The position numbers and the translations under genes are program-made. Of a DNA stretch of 48,007 nt, positions 10,191-21,897 are shown piece after piece. Below the pieces are notes generated by a model that worked only from the letters and a program-made list of their open reading frames with translations, was not told where the DNA came from and ran no database searches. Source of the stretch: an uncultured Clostridia bacterium (GTDB taxonomy: Bacteria > Bacillota > Clostridia > TANB77 > CAG-508); NCBI GenBank assembly GCA_947629625.1, contig CANRES010000004.1:1-48007 (forward strand). The letters are read 5' to 3'. How positions within the stretch are numbered: the stretch's first letter is position 1; each line of letters starts with the position of its first letter.

Positions 10191-13100
10191 ATGGAAAATA
10201 ATAAAGTTAAATGGACAAAAGAACAAGTAGAAGCAATAAATGAAAAAAATTCAAATATATTAGTTGCAGCAGCAGCAGGAAGTGGAAAAACTGCGGTATT
10301 AGTTGAAAGAATAATAAATAAAATAATAAACGAAAAAATAGATATAGATAAAATTTTATTAGTTACATTTACAAATGCAGCAGCAGCAGAAATGAGAGAA
10401 AGAATATTAAGTGCAATATATAAAAAAATAGATGAAGAACCAGAAAATAGAGACTTACAAAGACAAATTACACTATTATCAAGGGCAAGTATATGCACAA
10501 TACACTCATTTTGTTTAGAAGTAATAAAAAACAATTTTTACGAATTAGATATATCACCAAATTTTAGAATAGGTGAAGAAACAGAATTAGAAATAATAAA
10601 AAATGACTGTATAGAAGAACTATTTGAGAATAAATATGAAAATGAAGATAAAGACTTTTTAAAATTAATTGAATGTTATACAGGTTATAGAAATGATGAA
10701 GATTTAAAACAATTAATATTAACAATATATAAATATATTCAAAGTAGTCCATATCCAGAAATTTGGATAGAAGAAAAAATTAATGAATTTGATTTAAAAG
10801 AAAAATTAGACGAAGATTTTTCAAATACAATATGGGGAAAAATAATAATAAAAAATATACAAAAACAATTAGAATCAAATATAATAACATTGACATCAGT
10901 AAAAAATGAATTAAAAAAACTACCAGAATTTGAAAAATTTTATAACATAATATGTAATGACATAATAGAATATGAAAGATTACAAAAAATAGAAGAATGG
11001 GATAAATTATCAGAGAATATTTTAAATTTTAAACCAGATGACTGGATTAAAAATTCAAAAGTAGACCTAGATATAAAAGAAAGAGCAAAAGAAATTAGAG
11101 ATGATGCAAAGAAAAGTATAAATAAATTTAAATATGGAATAATGCAATATAATTCTAAAATGGCTAATGAAGAAATATATGCAATGTATGAAATATTAAA
11201 TTCTTTAAAAAATTTAATATTAGAATTTTCTCAAAAATTTTCAGAAGAAAAAAAGAAAAGAAATCTTATAGACTTTAATGACATAGAGCACTTTGCTTTA
11301 AAAATATTAGATAATGAAGAAATAGCAAAAAAATATAGAGAAAAATTTGTAGAAATTGCAATAGACGAATATCAAGATAGTAACTTAATACAAGAAAAAA
11401 TATTAACAAAAATATCAAATGGAAAAAATATATTTATGGTAGGAGATGTTAAGCAAAGTATATATAAATTTAGGCAAGCAAGACCAGACCTATTTATAGA
11501 AAAATATGAAAATTACGATTTCGTAAATGATTTTAATGAAAATAGCAAGGGTAAAAAAATTCAATTATTTAAAAATTTTAGAAGTATGAGTAATATCCTA
11601 GACATCACAAATTTAATATTTAATAACATTATGAGTAAAGAGTTAGGAGAAATAGAATATACAGAAGAAGAATACTTAAATATTTGTGAAAATTATGAAA
11701 AAATATCATTAGAAAAACCAACAAAATCTGAACTAAATATTATAAATCTTGGAGATGAAGTAATAGAAGAAAAAGAATATGAAGAAGATGATGACGAAGA
11801 TAAAGAAACAGAAGAAGTAGAAGAACAAATAGAAAATACAGTATTAGAAGCAAGGTTAGTTGTAAAAAGAATAAAAGAACTAATGGAAAGCGATTATAAA
11901 GTATATGATAAAGAAGTAGGATATAGAAAGTTAAAGTATAAAGATATAGTAATATTATTAAGATCAACATCAGTACAAGCACAAGTATATGAAAAAGAAT
12001 TAACAAAAGCAAATATACCAGTTTTTACAGATACAAATAATCAATTTTTAGATACAATAGAAATACAAACAATAATTAGTCTATTAAAAATAATAGATAA
12101 CCCTATACAAGATATTCCACTTGTAACAGTTTTAAGAAGCATAATTGGAGGCTTTACAGATAATGAATTAATAGAAATAAGAATTAACAATTATAATATA
12201 TCTTTTTATGAAGCAATGATAAAATACAAAACACAAGAAAATGCAGATAAAAAAATAATAGAAAAAATAGATAATTTATTTAATATGTTAGATAAATACA
12301 GAAAAGAAAAAGAATACTTACCATTAAATGAATTGATATGGAAAATATACATAGATACAGGATTTTATAACTATGTTACATTAATGCCAAATGGCTTAAT
12401 AAGACAAGCAAATTTAAAACTATTATTTGAAAAAGCAAAAAAATATGAAAGTGCAAGTTTTAAAGGACTATACAATTTTATAAATTTTATAGACAAAATG
12501 AAAACAAAAAATGAGGACTTTGGTTCAGCAAAATTAATAGGTGAAAATGAAGATGTTGTTAGAATAATGAGTATTCATAAAAGTAAAGGACTAGAATTCC
12601 CTATTTGTTTTTTATGCAGTACAGGAAAGCAATTTAATTTTCAAGATTTAAGACAAAATATATTGCTACATGAAAATATAGGTTTTGGACCAAAATATAT
12701 AGATGCGGAAAGAAAAATAAAAAATAACACATTAGCAAAAGAAGCAATAAAAATAAAAATGAAAGAAGAAACTCTTGCAGAAGAAATGAGAATTCTATAT
12801 GTTGCATTAACAAGAGCAAAAGAAAAATTAATAATAACTGGAATATCTAAAAATTTAGAAGAAGAAACAAAAAATAAACAAAATCTATTAAAATTATATT
12901 CTATGGAAGATACTAATAAAATAAATCCTAATATAGTTTCAAAATGTAAATCTTATCTTGAATGGATAAATTTAGTATATCTTAATAACAAAGATAAAAT
13001 AAACGATATATTAGAATTAAATACTTATAATAAACAAGAATTAATAGATACATCAAAAGAAGGTATAGAAGCAGAAGATTTTGTTAAAAAATTAGAAAGT

Positions 13101-13835
13101 GTAAATATAGATAATAAAAATATAGAAAAAATAAACTCCTTATTACAATGGCAATATAAATATAAAGAATTATCAAAAATTGAAACCAAAAGTTCTGTTA
13201 CAAAAATAAAACAAATGCAAAATGTGGAAGAAGAAAATATTGAAAATGAATTAAGCATACCAAAATTTTTAAGTGAAGAAACAAAAATAACAAATGCACA
13301 AATTGGTACATTAATACATTTATGCTTTAAGAATTTAGAATTTAATATAGAATATACAGAAGAAAAAATAAAAGAATTAGTTAATTCTCTATATGAAAAA
13401 GAAATTATAACAAAACAGGAAATGGAAAGTATAGACATTAACCAAATATTAAAATTTACAAAATCAAGTTTATGGAACGAATTAAAAAACGCAAAAAAGG
13501 TTTATAAAGAATTACCATTTTATATTAATATACCTGTAAATGAAATATATAGTGATATACCAAAAACAGAAGATAAGATATTAGTTCAAGGTATTATAGA
13601 TTTATTTTTTATTGATAAAAATGATAATGTTGTTTTAGTAGATTATAAAACAGATTTTATAAAACAAGGTCAAGAAAATATTTTAGTTGAAAGATATAAA
13701 AAGCAATTAGATTTATATAAAAATGCACTAGAACATGCTTTAAATAAAAAGGTCAATAGGGTTTTAATATATTCGGTTTGCTTAAACAAAGAAATTGAAG
13801 CGCACGTTGGGGACGTTAAAAATGTGCACGTTTAG
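10191..13835 (+). CDS. addA: ATP-dependent helicase/nuclease subunit A
   Basis: WTKEQ..AI, AAAGSGKTAVLVERI, IDEYQDSN, VGDVKQSIYKFRQA, MSIHKSKGLEF, LYVALTRAKEKL, C-terminal PD-(D/E)XK nuclease QGIID...DYKTD. Confidence 0.95.
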   Translation: MENNKVKWTKEQVEAINEKNSNILVAAAAGSGKTAVLVERIINKIINEKIDIDKILLVTFTNAAAAEMRERILSAIYKKIDEEPENRDLQRQITLLSRASICTIHSFCLEVIKNNFYELDISPNFRIGEETELEIIKNDCIEELFENKYENEDKDFLKLIECYTGYRNDEDLKQLILTIYKYIQSSPYPEIWIEEKINEFDLKEKLDEDFSNTIWGKIIIKNIQKQLESNIITLTSVKNELKKLPEFEKFYNIICNDIIEYERLQKIEEWDKLSENILNFKPDDWIKNSKVDLDIKERAKEIRDDAKKSINKFKYGIMQYNSKMANEEIYAMYEILNSLKNLILEFSQKFSEEKKKRNLIDFNDIEHFALKILDNEEIAKKYREKFVEIAIDEYQDSNLIQEKILTKISNGKNIFMVGDVKQSIYKFRQARPDLFIEKYENYDFVNDFNENSKGKKIQLFKNFRSMSNILDITNLIFNNIMSKELGEIEYTEEEYLNICENYEKISLEKPTKSELNIINLGDEVIEEKEYEEDDDEDKETEEVEEQIENTVLEARLVVKRIKELMESDYKVYDKEVGYRKLKYKDIVILLRSTSVQAQVYEKELTKANIPVFTDTNNQFLDTIEIQTIISLLKIIDNPIQDIPLVTVLRSIIGGFTDNELIEIRINNYNISFYEAMIKYKTQENADKKIIEKIDNLFNMLDKYRKEKEYLPLNELIWKIYIDTGFYNYVTLMPNGLIRQANLKLLFEKAKKYESASFKGLYNFINFIDKMKTKNEDFGSAKLIGENEDVVRIMSIHKSKGLEFPICFLCSTGKQFNFQDLRQNILLHENIGFGPKYIDAERKIKNNTLAKEAIKIKMKEETLAEEMRILYVALTRAKEKLIITGISKNLEEETKNKQNLLKLYSMEDTNKINPNIVSKCKSYLEWINLVYLNNKDKINDILELNTYNKQELIDTSKEGIEAEDFVKKLESVNIDNKNIEKINSLLQWQYKYKELSKIETKSSVTKIKQMQNVEEENIENELSIPKFLSEETKITNAQIGTLIHLCFKNLEFNIEYTEEKIKELVNSLYEKEIITKQEMESIDINQILKFTKSSLWNELKNAKKVYKELPFYINIPVNEIYSDIPKTEDKILVQGIIDLFFIDKNDNVVLVDYKTDFIKQGQENILVERYKKQLDLYKNALEHALNKKVNRVLIYSVCLNKEIEAHVGDVKNVHV

Positions 13836-13854
13836 AAAAAGCAATATATGAAGA

Positions 13855-13893
13855 AGAAAGTAATATAGAAAATAAAACTATATTGCTTCTTTT
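13855..13893 (+). terminator. Probable terminator after addA
   Basis: AGTAATATAG / CTATATTGCT hairpin followed by TCTTTT. Confidence 0.55.
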
Positions 13894-13939
13894 AATATGA
13901 TTTTTTTTCTGAATTTACAAACTTTTTTACAAAAATTGG

Positions 13940-13968
13940 TTGACATTTATCGTTATTCGAGTTATAAT
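13940..13968 (+). promoter_or_regulatory. sigmaA promoter of the S10 operon
   Basis: Perfect consensus TTGACA-N17-TATAAT. Confidence 0.9.
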
Positions 13969-13974
13969 ATAAAG

Positions 13975-14188
13975 GCATTTAGATTTGCGTTGAAGCGAAA
14001 TGTGGCTACAACCTATGAATAAGTAGGTATGGAGGGAACTTTCGTGGAGTATGTCTTGGCTTAGACCGGGCGGTAAGTAGTTGCACTTATCCCAAGGAAC
14101 ACTTGGGCTTATATATTGGTGAATTATGCAACACCAGGGTGCGTTTAAACTTGCCTAGGTAAATTTTTATTTAAGGAGGGAAAATACT
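13975..14188 (+). promoter_or_regulatory. Structured 5' leader of rpsJ (ribosomal protein leader RNA)
   Basis: About 210 nt, GC-enriched UTR containing TGAAGCGAAA...TTTCGTGGAG pairing reminiscent of Firmicute S10 leaders, plus hairpins CCCAAG/CTTGGG and TGGTG/CACCA. Confidence 0.6.
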
Positions 14189-14512
14189 ATGGCAAAACAA
14201 ATGGTAGCAAGTGAAAAAATTAGAATAAGATTAAAAGCTTATGACCATGTAGTTTTAGATCAGTCTGCTGAAAAAATAGTAGATACTGCTAAAAGAACAG
14301 GGGCAAAAGTATCAGGTCCTATTCCACTACCAACACAAAAAGAAATCGTAACAATTTTACGTTCACCACACAAAGACAAAGATTCAAGAGAACAATTTGA
14401 AATGAGAACACATAAAAGAGTTATAGATATTCTTTACCCTACACAAAAAACAGTAGATAGCTTAATGAAATTAGAATTACCTGCTGGTGTAGATATAGAA
14501 ATGAAATTATAA
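14189..14512 (+). CDS. rpsJ: 30S ribosomal protein S10
   Basis: [31 protein letters not shown]. Confidence 0.98.
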   Translation: MAKQMVASEKIRIRLKAYDHVVLDQSAEKIVDTAKRTGAKVSGPIPLPTQKEIVTILRSPHKDKDSREQFEMRTHKRVIDILYPTQKTVDSLMKLELPAGVDIEMKL

Positions 14513-14561
14513 AAACCATGCTGATAAAATATCAGCCAATAGTTAGGAGGAAAAATTAATT

Positions 14562-15197
14562 ATGAACAAAGCAATCATAGGAAAAAAAGTTGGAATGACA
14601 CAAATCTTTGACGAAAAAGGTTCTGTAATTCCAGTAACAGTTATTGAAGCAGGACCATGTGTTATAGCACAAATAAAAAATGCTGAAACAGATGGATACA
14701 ATGCAATACAATTAGGATATGGAGATGTAAAAGAAAAACATATCAACAAACCAGAACAAGGACACTTTAAAAAATCAAATCTTTCATTTAAGAAACATTT
14801 AAGAGAATTTAAAGTAAACACAATCGAAAACGTAAAAGTTGGAGACGAAGTTAAAGTAGACGTATTTGAAGCAGGAGATAAAATAGACGTACAAGGAACA
14901 ACAAAAGGAAAAGGATTCCAAGGCGTAATTAAACGTCATGGTCAACATAGAGGTCCTATGGGACATGGTTCAATGTATCACAGAAGACCAGGTTCAATGG
15001 GTTCTACATCAACACCAGGTAGAGTATTTAAAGGTAAAAAACTTCCAGGACACATGGGAGTACAAACAGTTACAATACAAAACCTAGAAGTTGTAAGAGT
15101 AGATTTAGATAAAAATGCACTATTAGTTAAAGGTAGCGTACCAGGAAACAAAGGTGCAATATTAAAAATAAAATTAGCAGTAAAATCAGCGAAATAA
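14562..15197 (+). CDS. rplC: 50S ribosomal protein L3
   Basis: [38 protein letters not shown]. Confidence 0.98.
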   Translation: MNKAIIGKKVGMTQIFDEKGSVIPVTVIEAGPCVIAQIKNAETDGYNAIQLGYGDVKEKHINKPEQGHFKKSNLSFKKHLREFKVNTIENVKVGDEVKVDVFEAGDKIDVQGTTKGKGFQGVIKRHGQHRGPMGHGSMYHRRPGSMGSTSTPGRVFKGKKLPGHMGVQTVTIQNLEVVRVDLDKNALLVKGSVPGNKGAILKIKLAVKSAK

Positions 15198-15214
15198 GAA
15201 AGGAGGAAAATTAG

Positions 15215-15838
15215 ATGCCTAAAATAGATGTATATAATATAGAAGGTAAAAAGGTTAGTGATATCGAATTAAAAGAAGAAATATTCGGTATAATACCAAA
15301 CGAAAATATAGTACATAGTGTACTAAAAAATTATTTAGCAAATCAAAGACAAGGTACACAAAACACAAAAACAAGAAGTGAAGTATCTGGTGGTGGTAAA
15401 AAACCTTGGAGACAAAAAGGTACAGGTAGAGCAAGACAAGGAAGTATACGTGCACCACAATGGATTAAAGGTGGTATAGCATTAGGACCAAAACCACGTA
15501 GTTATAAATACAGTGTAAATAAAAAAGAAAAAAGATTAGCAATAAAATCAATATTAAGTTCAAAAGTAGCAGAAAGTCAATTAGTTGTAGTAGATAAATT
15601 TGATTTTAAAGAAATAAAAACAAAAAATATGGCAACAGCATTAAAAAATTTAAAAATTGCTGAAAAAGCACTAATATTATTACCAGAAAAAGATATGAAT
15701 GTTCAAAAATCAGCAAGAAATATAGAAGGAGTTAAAACAAGCTTAGTAAATACAATAAATGTATATGATTTATTAAAATACAATAAATTAGTTGTAACTC
15801 TTGATACTGTTAAAAAATTAGAGGAGGTGTACGCATAA
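15215..15838 (+). CDS. rplD: 50S ribosomal protein L4
   Basis: [33 protein letters not shown]. Confidence 0.98.
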   Translation: MPKIDVYNIEGKKVSDIELKEEIFGIIPNENIVHSVLKNYLANQRQGTQNTKTRSEVSGGGKKPWRQKGTGRARQGSIRAPQWIKGGIALGPKPRSYKYSVNKKEKRLAIKSILSSKVAESQLVVVDKFDFKEIKTKNMATALKNLKIAEKALILLPEKDMNVQKSARNIEGVKTSLVNTINVYDLLKYNKLVVTLDTVKKLEEVYA

Positions 15839-16182
15839 TGAGACCAGAAGACATTATAGTAAAACCAATAATAACTGAAAAAAGCAGTTCAGACATACAA
15901 GAAGGAAAGTATACCTTTAAAGTAAATAAAAAAGCCACAAAAATTGATATTGCAAAAGCAGTTGAAAAACTTTTCGAAGTAAAAGTTTTAAAAGTAAATA
16001 CAATATCAGTAAAAGGAAAAGAAAAAAGAGTTGGAGCACATCAAGGAAGAACATCAGACTGGAAAAAAGCAGTAGTTACAATAGATACAAATCCAACTGA
16101 AAAATCATACCTTGCAAAAGGTGGAAAAACAGTAAAGGTATCTAAGAAATATAAAGATTCAATAGAATCATTTACAGCATAA
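15838..16182 (+). CDS. rplW: 50S ribosomal protein L23, C-terminally extended
   Basis: PIITEKS, YTFKV, WKKAVVT; operon position. Confidence 0.96.
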   Translation: MRPEDIIVKPIITEKSSSDIQEGKYTFKVNKKATKIDIAKAVEKLFEVKVLKVNTISVKGKEKRVGAHQGRTSDWKKAVVTIDTNPTEKSYLAKGGKTVKVSKKYKDSIESFTA

Positions 16183-16240
16183 AAAAATAAAATATCGGGA
16201 AATAACCCGGAAAATAAATAAAAGAAAAGGAGATTTAAAA

Positions 16241-17068
16241 ATGGGAGTAAAACATTTTAACGCATACACTCCATCAAGAAGAAATATGACAGTTTCTTCA
16301 TTTGATGAAATTACTAAAAAAACACCAGAAAAATCTTTACTTGCTAAAAAGAAAGAAAAAGCAGGAAGAAACTCTTATGGTAGAATAACAGTAAGACATC
16401 AAGGCGGTGGAAATAGACAAAAATATAGAATAATAGATTTTAAACGTAAAAAAGACGATATGGTAGCAACAGTTATAGGTATAGAATATGACCCAAACAG
16501 AAGTGCAAATATTGCTTTAATAGAATATGAAGACGGAGAAAAAGCATATATATTAGCACCACTTGGATTAACAGATGGAGATAAAGTAATATCTGGAGAA
16601 AAAGCAGATATTAAACCAGGAAATTGTATGGCAATAGAAAATATACCAGTAGGTACTATGATACACAATATAGAATTAAATCCAGGTCAAGGTGGAAAAA
16701 TGGTTAGAGCAGCAGGTCAAGTAGCTCAATTAATGGCAAAAGAAGGAAAATATGCACATATTAGATTACCTTCTGGCGAAATGAGATTAGTAATGACAAG
16801 ATGTAGAGCAACAATAGGAACAGTAGGAAATGCAGACCAAGAAAATATTAAAATTGGTAAAGCAGGAAGAAAAAGACACATGGGTATAAGACCAACAGTT
16901 AGAGGTTCAGTTATGAACCCAGTAGACCACCCACATGGTGGTGGTGAAGGTAGAGCACCAGTTGGTAGACCAGGCCCACTTACTCCTTGGGGTAAACCAG
17001 CACTTGGATACAAGACAAGAAATAAGAAAAAGTCAACTAATAAATATATAGTTAAAAGAAGAAAATAA
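16241..17068 (+). CDS. rplB: 50S ribosomal protein L2
   Basis: [36 protein letters not shown]. Confidence 0.98.
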   Translation: MGVKHFNAYTPSRRNMTVSSFDEITKKTPEKSLLAKKKEKAGRNSYGRITVRHQGGGNRQKYRIIDFKRKKDDMVATVIGIEYDPNRSANIALIEYEDGEKAYILAPLGLTDGDKVISGEKADIKPGNCMAIENIPVGTMIHNIELNPGQGGKMVRAAGQVAQLMAKEGKYAHIRLPSGEMRLVMTRCRATIGTVGNADQENIKIGKAGRKRHMGIRPTVRGSVMNPVDHPHGGGEGRAPVGRPGPLTPWGKPALGYKTRNKKKSTNKYIVKRRK

Positions 17069-17088
17069 AAAAGGAGGAAAGAGAATAT

Positions 17089-17370
17089 ATGTCAAGATCT
17101 AGCAAGAAAACACCTTTCGTTCAACCTAAACTATTAAAAAGAATAGAAGCAATGAACGAAACAGGTAATAAAGAAGTATTAAAAACTTGGTCAAGAGCAT
17201 CTACTATTTATCCACAAATGGTTGGACACACAATAGCAGTTCATGATGGTAGAAAACATGTACCAATTTATATAACTGAAGAAATGATAGGACATAAATT
17301 AGGTGAATTTGCTCCTACAAGAACATTTAAAGGTCATGCAGGAGAAAAAGCATCAAATGTAAAAAAATAA
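17089..17370 (+). CDS. rpsS: 30S ribosomal protein S19
   Basis: [28 protein letters not shown]. Confidence 0.98.
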   Translation: MSRSSKKTPFVQPKLLKRIEAMNETGNKEVLKTWSRASTIYPQMVGHTIAVHDGRKHVPIYITEEMIGHKLGEFAPTRTFKGHAGEKASNVKK

Positions 17371-17404
17371 ATTATTAATGCTAAGTAATAAGGAGGAAAA
17401 ATAA

Positions 17405-17758
17405 GTGGAAGAATCAACAGTATTAGAAGCTAAAGCAACACTTAAATATGCTAGAATTTCAGCGAGAAAAGTTAAAATAGTAGCAGATTTAATTAAAGGA
17501 AAAAATGTAAATGAAGCTTTAGCTATTGTAAAATTCACACCAAAAGCAGCATCTGAAATAATTGAAAAATTATTAAAATCAGCTATTGCAAATGCTGAGA
17601 ATAATCATAATATGAATAGCCAAAACCTATATGTTGCTGATATATTTGCAAATCAAGGACCAACATTAAAAAGAATAAGACCAGCAGCAAAAGGTTCTGC
17701 AGTTAGAATAAGAAAAAGAACAAGTCATATAACAATAATATTAAGGGAAAAGGAATAA
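17405..17758 (+). CDS. rplV: 50S ribosomal protein L22
   Basis: [31 protein letters not shown]; GTG start after AGGAGG. Confidence 0.97.
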   Translation: MEESTVLEAKATLKYARISARKVKIVADLIKGKNVNEALAIVKFTPKAASEIIEKLLKSAIANAENNHNMNSQNLYVADIFANQGPTLKRIRPAAKGSAVRIRKRTSHITIILREKE

Positions 17759-17780
17759 TTTAGAAAGGAGGATTTTTAAC

Positions 17781-18443
17781 ATGGGACAAAAAATGAATCC
17801 ACATGGTTTAAGAATTGGCGTAATAAAAGATTGGAATTCAAAATGGTATGCTGATTCAAATAAATTTAGTGATTATTTAGTGGAAGATTATAAAATTCGT
17901 GAATATGTTAAGAAAAAATTATTTATTAGCGGTATTTCTAAAATAGAAATAGAAAGAACAGCTAAATTTGTTAAAGTTAATGTATATTCAGCAAAACCTG
18001 GTCTAGTAATAGGAAAAGGTGGAGCAATAGCAGAAACTTTAAAAGTAGAATTACAAAAAATGATTAATAAAGAAGTAAACTTAAATATAATTGAGGTAAA
18101 AAATATAGATACAGATGCACAATTAGTTGCAGAAAATATCTGTGCTCAATTAGAAAAAAGAATATCTTTTAGAAGAGCAATGAAACAAGCAATGCAAAAA
18201 GCAATGAAGGCAGGTGCTCTTGGAATTAAAACATCAGTATCTGGAAGATTAGCAGGAGCAGATATGGCAAGAACTGAGTTTTATAAAGAAGGAACAATAC
18301 CATTACAAACTTTAAGAGCAGATATAGACTATGGTTTCTATGAAGCAAATACAACTTATGGAAAAATAGGTGTAAAAGTTTGGATATATAAAGGTGAGAT
18401 TCTTCCATCTAAAAAAGCAAAAGTGGAAGGAGGAGAAAAATAA
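17781..18443 (+). CDS. rpsC: 30S ribosomal protein S3
   Basis: [35 protein letters not shown]. Confidence 0.98.
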   Translation: MGQKMNPHGLRIGVIKDWNSKWYADSNKFSDYLVEDYKIREYVKKKLFISGISKIEIERTAKFVKVNVYSAKPGLVIGKGGAIAETLKVELQKMINKEVNLNIIEVKNIDTDAQLVAENICAQLEKRISFRRAMKQAMQKAMKAGALGIKTSVSGRLAGADMARTEFYKEGTIPLQTLRADIDYGFYEANTTYGKIGVKVWIYKGEILPSKKAKVEGGEK

Positions 18444-18886
18444 TGCCATTAATACCAAAAAGATCAAAATTTAGAAAAATGCAAAAAGGTAGAAATAGAG
18501 GTAAAGCAACAAGAGGAAATATGGTTACAGACGGAGATTACGGACTACAAGCAACAGAAGCTGCTTGGATAACAACAAACCAAATAGAAGCAGCCCGTGT
18601 TGCTATGACACGTTATATTAAAAGAGGTGGAAAAGTTTGGATAAAAATATTTGCAGATAAACCAGTAACTAAAAAACCTGCAGATACTCGTATGGGTAAA
18701 GGTAAAGGAGCACCAGAATACTGGGTTGCAGTTGTAAAACCAGGAAGAGTATTATTTGAAATCCAAGGAATTCCAGAAGATGTTGCAAAAGAAGCGTTAA
18801 GATTAGCAGCAAATAAACTACCAGTAAAAACAAAATTTGTAGTAAGAGAAAATAAAGTAGGTGGTGATAGTGATGAAGATAAATAA
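18443..18886 (+). CDS. rplP: 50S ribosomal protein L16
   Basis: [28 protein letters not shown]. Confidence 0.98.
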   Translation: MPLIPKRSKFRKMQKGRNRGKATRGNMVTDGDYGLQATEAAWITTNQIEAARVAMTRYIKRGGKVWIKIFADKPVTKKPADTRMGKGKGAPEYWVAVVKPGRVLFEIQGIPEDVAKEALRLAANKLPVKTKFVVRENKVGGDSDEDK

Positions 18887-19070
18887 AATAGTAGAAATGT
18901 CTTCACCAGAACTAGAAAAAGAGTTAAGTGAATTAAAATCAGAATTATTTAAGTTGAGATTTAGTTTAGCAACAAATGGACTAGACAATCCAATGAAAAT
19001 AAAAGAAATAAAAAAAGACATAGCTAGAATAAAAACAGTATTAAGACAAAGAGAATTGAAAGGAGAATAA
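18873..19070 (+). CDS. rpmC: 50S ribosomal protein L29
   Basis: [17 protein letters not shown]. Start moved to ATG 18873, behind RBS GGTGGTGA. Confidence 0.94.
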   Translation: MKINKIVEMSSPELEKELSELKSELFKLRFSLATNGLDNPMKIKEIKKDIARIKTVLRQRELKGE

Positions 19071-19074
19071 TTCT

Positions 19075-19338
19075 ATGGAAGAAAGAAATCTTCGTAAAGT
19101 TATGATAGGTACTGTAACATCTAATAAAATGGATAAAACAGTAGTTGTATCAGTTGAAAAAAGTGTAAGACATAAAATTTACAATAAAATTGTAAAAAGA
19201 ACATATAAATTAAAAGCACATGATGAAGAAAATAAATGCAACATAGGAGATAAAGTTAAAGTAATGGAAACTCGTCCACTTTCAAAACAAAAAAGATGGA
19301 GAGTTGTTGAAATTGTAGAAAAAGCAATAATAAAATAA
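19075..19338 (+). CDS. rpsQ: 30S ribosomal protein S17
   Basis: [27 protein letters not shown]. Confidence 0.98.
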   Translation: MEERNLRKVMIGTVTSNKMDKTVVVSVEKSVRHKIYNKIVKRTYKLKAHDEENKCNIGDKVKVMETRPLSKQKRWRVVEIVEKAIIK

Positions 19339-19365
19339 AAATTAAAGATAGGAGGAAACCATATT

Positions 19366-19734
19366 ATGGTACAACAACAGACTATATTAAAAGTAGCTGA
19401 TAACACTGGTGCAAAAGAAATAATGTGTATCAGATGTTTAGGTGGTTCTTATAGAAAATATGCAGGAATAGGCGATGTAATCGTTGCTTCTGTTAAAAGT
19501 GCTACACCAGGTGGCGTTGTAAAAAAAGGTGATGTTGTAAAAGCAGTTGTAGTTAGAACAAAGAAAAGTATTAGACGTGCCGATGGTTCATATATTAGAT
19601 TTGATGAAAATGCAGCAGTTCTTATTCGTGACGATAAAACACCAAGAGGAACTCGTATATTTGGACCAATAGCAAGAGAGTTAAGAGATGGAGAGTATAT
19701 GAAAATACTTTCATTAGCACCAGAGGTTTTATAA
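19366..19734 (+). CDS. rplN: 50S ribosomal protein L14
   Basis: [28 protein letters not shown]. Confidence 0.98.
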   Translation: MVQQQTILKVADNTGAKEIMCIRCLGGSYRKYAGIGDVIVASVKSATPGGVVKKGDVVKAVVVRTKKSIRRADGSYIRFDENAAVLIRDDKTPRGTRIFGPIARELRDGEYMKILSLAPEVL

Positions 19735-19778
19735 ACCTTAAATAAAAAAATCTTGTAATAAAGAGGTGAAAAAATATA

Positions 19779-20087
19779 ATGAAAATAAAAAAAGGCGATA
19801 ATGTTATGGTTTTATCAGGAAATGATAAAGGTAAAACAGGTGAAGTTTTAGAAGTTATACCAAAAACAGAAAAAATAATTGTTAAAGGTGTTAATATAAG
19901 AAAAAAACATACAAAACCTAGAAAACAAGGGGAACAAGGTGGAATTATTCCAGTTGAATGTGCTATACATAGTTCAAAAGTAAATATAGTATGTCCAAAA
20001 TGTAATAAACCAACTAGAATAGGTTATCAAATTGAAAAAGATGAAAAAATTCGTGTTTGTAAAAGATGCGGTAATAAATTGAAATAG
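19779..20087 (+). CDS. rplX: 50S ribosomal protein L24
   Basis: KOW motif IKKGDNVMVLSGNDKGKTG; C-terminal CxxC...CxxC. Confidence 0.97.
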   Translation: MKIKKGDNVMVLSGNDKGKTGEVLEVIPKTEKIIVKGVNIRKKHTKPRKQGEQGGIIPVECAIHSSKVNIVCPKCNKPTRIGYQIEKDEKIRVCKRCGNKLK

Positions 20088-20109
20088 GAAAGGAGGTCTA
20101 TATTAGACT

Positions 20110-20649
20110 ATGGAAAAATTAAGAGAGCAATATGAAAAAGAAGTAGTTCCAGCATTAATGAAAAAATTTAATTATAAATCTATTATGCAAGTTCCAAAAC
20201 TTGAAAAAATAGTTATAAATATAGGTTTAGGAGATATAAAAGAAAATCCAAAATCATTAGAAAATGCTATGAATGATTTAAGTTTAATAACAGGTCAAAA
20301 ACCAGTTGTTACAAAGGCTAAAAAAGCAATAGCAGCATTTAAAATTAGAGAAGGTGTAAATATAGGATGCAAAGTTACATTAAGGTCAACAAAAATGTAC
20401 GAATTTGCATACAAATTCTTTAATGTTGCTCTTCCAAGAGTAAGAGATTTTAGAGGTGTTTCTACAAACTCTTTTGATGGAAGAGGAAATTACTCAATAG
20501 GAGTTAAAGAACAATTAATATTCCCTGAGATTGAATATGATAAAGTAGATAAATTAAGAGGAATGGATATAATATTTGTTACAACAGCAAAATCTGACGA
20601 AGAAGCAAGAGAATTATTAACATTATTAGGTATGCCATTCAAAAATTAA
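20110..20649 (+). CDS. rplE: 50S ribosomal protein L5
   Basis: [28 protein letters not shown]. Confidence 0.98.
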   Translation: MEKLREQYEKEVVPALMKKFNYKSIMQVPKLEKIVINIGLGDIKENPKSLENAMNDLSLITGQKPVVTKAKKAIAAFKIREGVNIGCKVTLRSTKMYEFAYKFFNVALPRVRDFRGVSTNSFDGRGNYSIGVKEQLIFPEIEYDKVDKLRGMDIIFVTTAKSDEEARELLTLLGMPFKN

Positions 20650-20702
20650 AAAATAATAGGAAGTTAATTCCTACACTTAAAAAAGGAGTGTGAATAAATC
20701 AA

Positions 20703-20888
20703 ATGGCAAAAAAGTCAATGAAAGTAAAACAAGCTAGACCACAAAAATACAAAACAAGAGAATATAATAGATGTAAAATTTGTGGTAGACCACATGCTTA
20801 TATAAGAAAATATGGAATATGCCGTGTTTGTTTTAGAGAATTAGCACATAAAGGAGAAATTCCAGGTGTTAAAAAAGCAAGTTGGTAA
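20703..20888 (+). CDS. rpsZ: 30S ribosomal protein S14, zinc-binding type Z
   Basis: 61 aa; RCKICGRPH...CRVCFRE, KKASW. Confidence 0.97.
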   Translation: MAKKSMKVKQARPQKYKTREYNRCKICGRPHAYIRKYGICRVCFRELAHKGEIPGVKKASW

Positions 20889-20925
20889 AAATTAATTTTA
20901 GAAAAAGATAGGAGGTAAAGATTTA

Positions 20926-21324
20926 ATGAATACTACTGACCCAATAGCAGATATGTTAACAAGAATTAGAAATGCAAATACATCTAAACATAAAACTGTT
21001 GATATACCTGAATCAAATATAAAATTAGCAATAACAAAAATATTATTTAAAGAAGGATATATAAAATCATTTGAAGAAATAAGTACAGAAAATCAAGGAA
21101 TTATAAGAATTACTTTAAAATATGATGAAAAAGGTAAAAGAGTTATAGCAGGTTTAAAAAGAATAAGTAAACCAGGATTAAGAATATATGCAGCAAAAGA
21201 CGAGTTACCAAAAGTATTAAATGGATTAGGAATAGCTTTAATTTCTACTTCAAAAGGAATAATGACAGATAAAGAAGCAAGAGAATTAGGAGTTGGAGGA
21301 GAAGTTCTAGCTTACGTTTGGTAA
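20926..21324 (+). CDS. rpsH: 30S ribosomal protein S8
   Basis: [31 protein letters not shown]. Confidence 0.98.
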   Translation: MNTTDPIADMLTRIRNANTSKHKTVDIPESNIKLAITKILFKEGYIKSFEEISTENQGIIRITLKYDEKGKRVIAGLKRISKPGLRIYAAKDELPKVLNGLGIALISTSKGIMTDKEARELGVGGEVLAYVW

Positions 21325-21357
21325 TAAAAATATAATAAATAAGAAAGGAGAATTACA

Positions 21358-21897
21358 ATGTCAAGAATAGGAAATAAACCTATTACAGTACCAAGTGATG
21401 TTGAAGTAAAAATAGATGGTCAAAAAATTACTGTAAAAGGACCAAAAGGAACATTAGAAAGAGAAATACATAAAAATATGAAAATGTCATTAGAAAATAA
21501 TGTTATTACAATAAAAAGACCAGATGATGAACCAGCAAATAGAAGTTTACATGGTTTAACAAGAACATTAATAAATAATATGATAATAGGTGTTAAAGAC
21601 GAATTTAAAAAAGACCTTGAAATAAATGGTGTTGGATATAGAGTACAAAAACAAGGAAATAATTTAGTTTTATCTTTGGGATATTCACATCCAGTAACAT
21701 TTAATGCACCAGAAGGAATAACATTTGACGTTCCAAGTCAAAACCAAATAACAGTAAGAGGAATAGATAAAGAATTAGTTGGTCAAACTGCCGCTGTTAT
21801 TAGAACAAAGAGATTACCAGAAGTTTATAGAGGTAAAGGTATTAAATATGCTGATGAAGTTATTAGACGTAAAGAAGGAAAAGCAGGTAAAAAATAG
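21358..21897 (+). CDS. rplF: 50S ribosomal protein L6
   Basis: MSRIGNKPI, GVGYR, LGYSHPV, YRGKGIKY. Confidence 0.98.
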   Translation: MSRIGNKPITVPSDVEVKIDGQKITVKGPKGTLEREIHKNMKMSLENNVITIKRPDDEPANRSLHGLTRTLINNMIIGVKDEFKKDLEINGVGYRVQKQGNNLVLSLGYSHPVTFNAPEGITFDVPSQNQITVRGIDKELVGQTAAVIRTKRLPEVYRGKGIKYADEVIRRKEGKAGKK

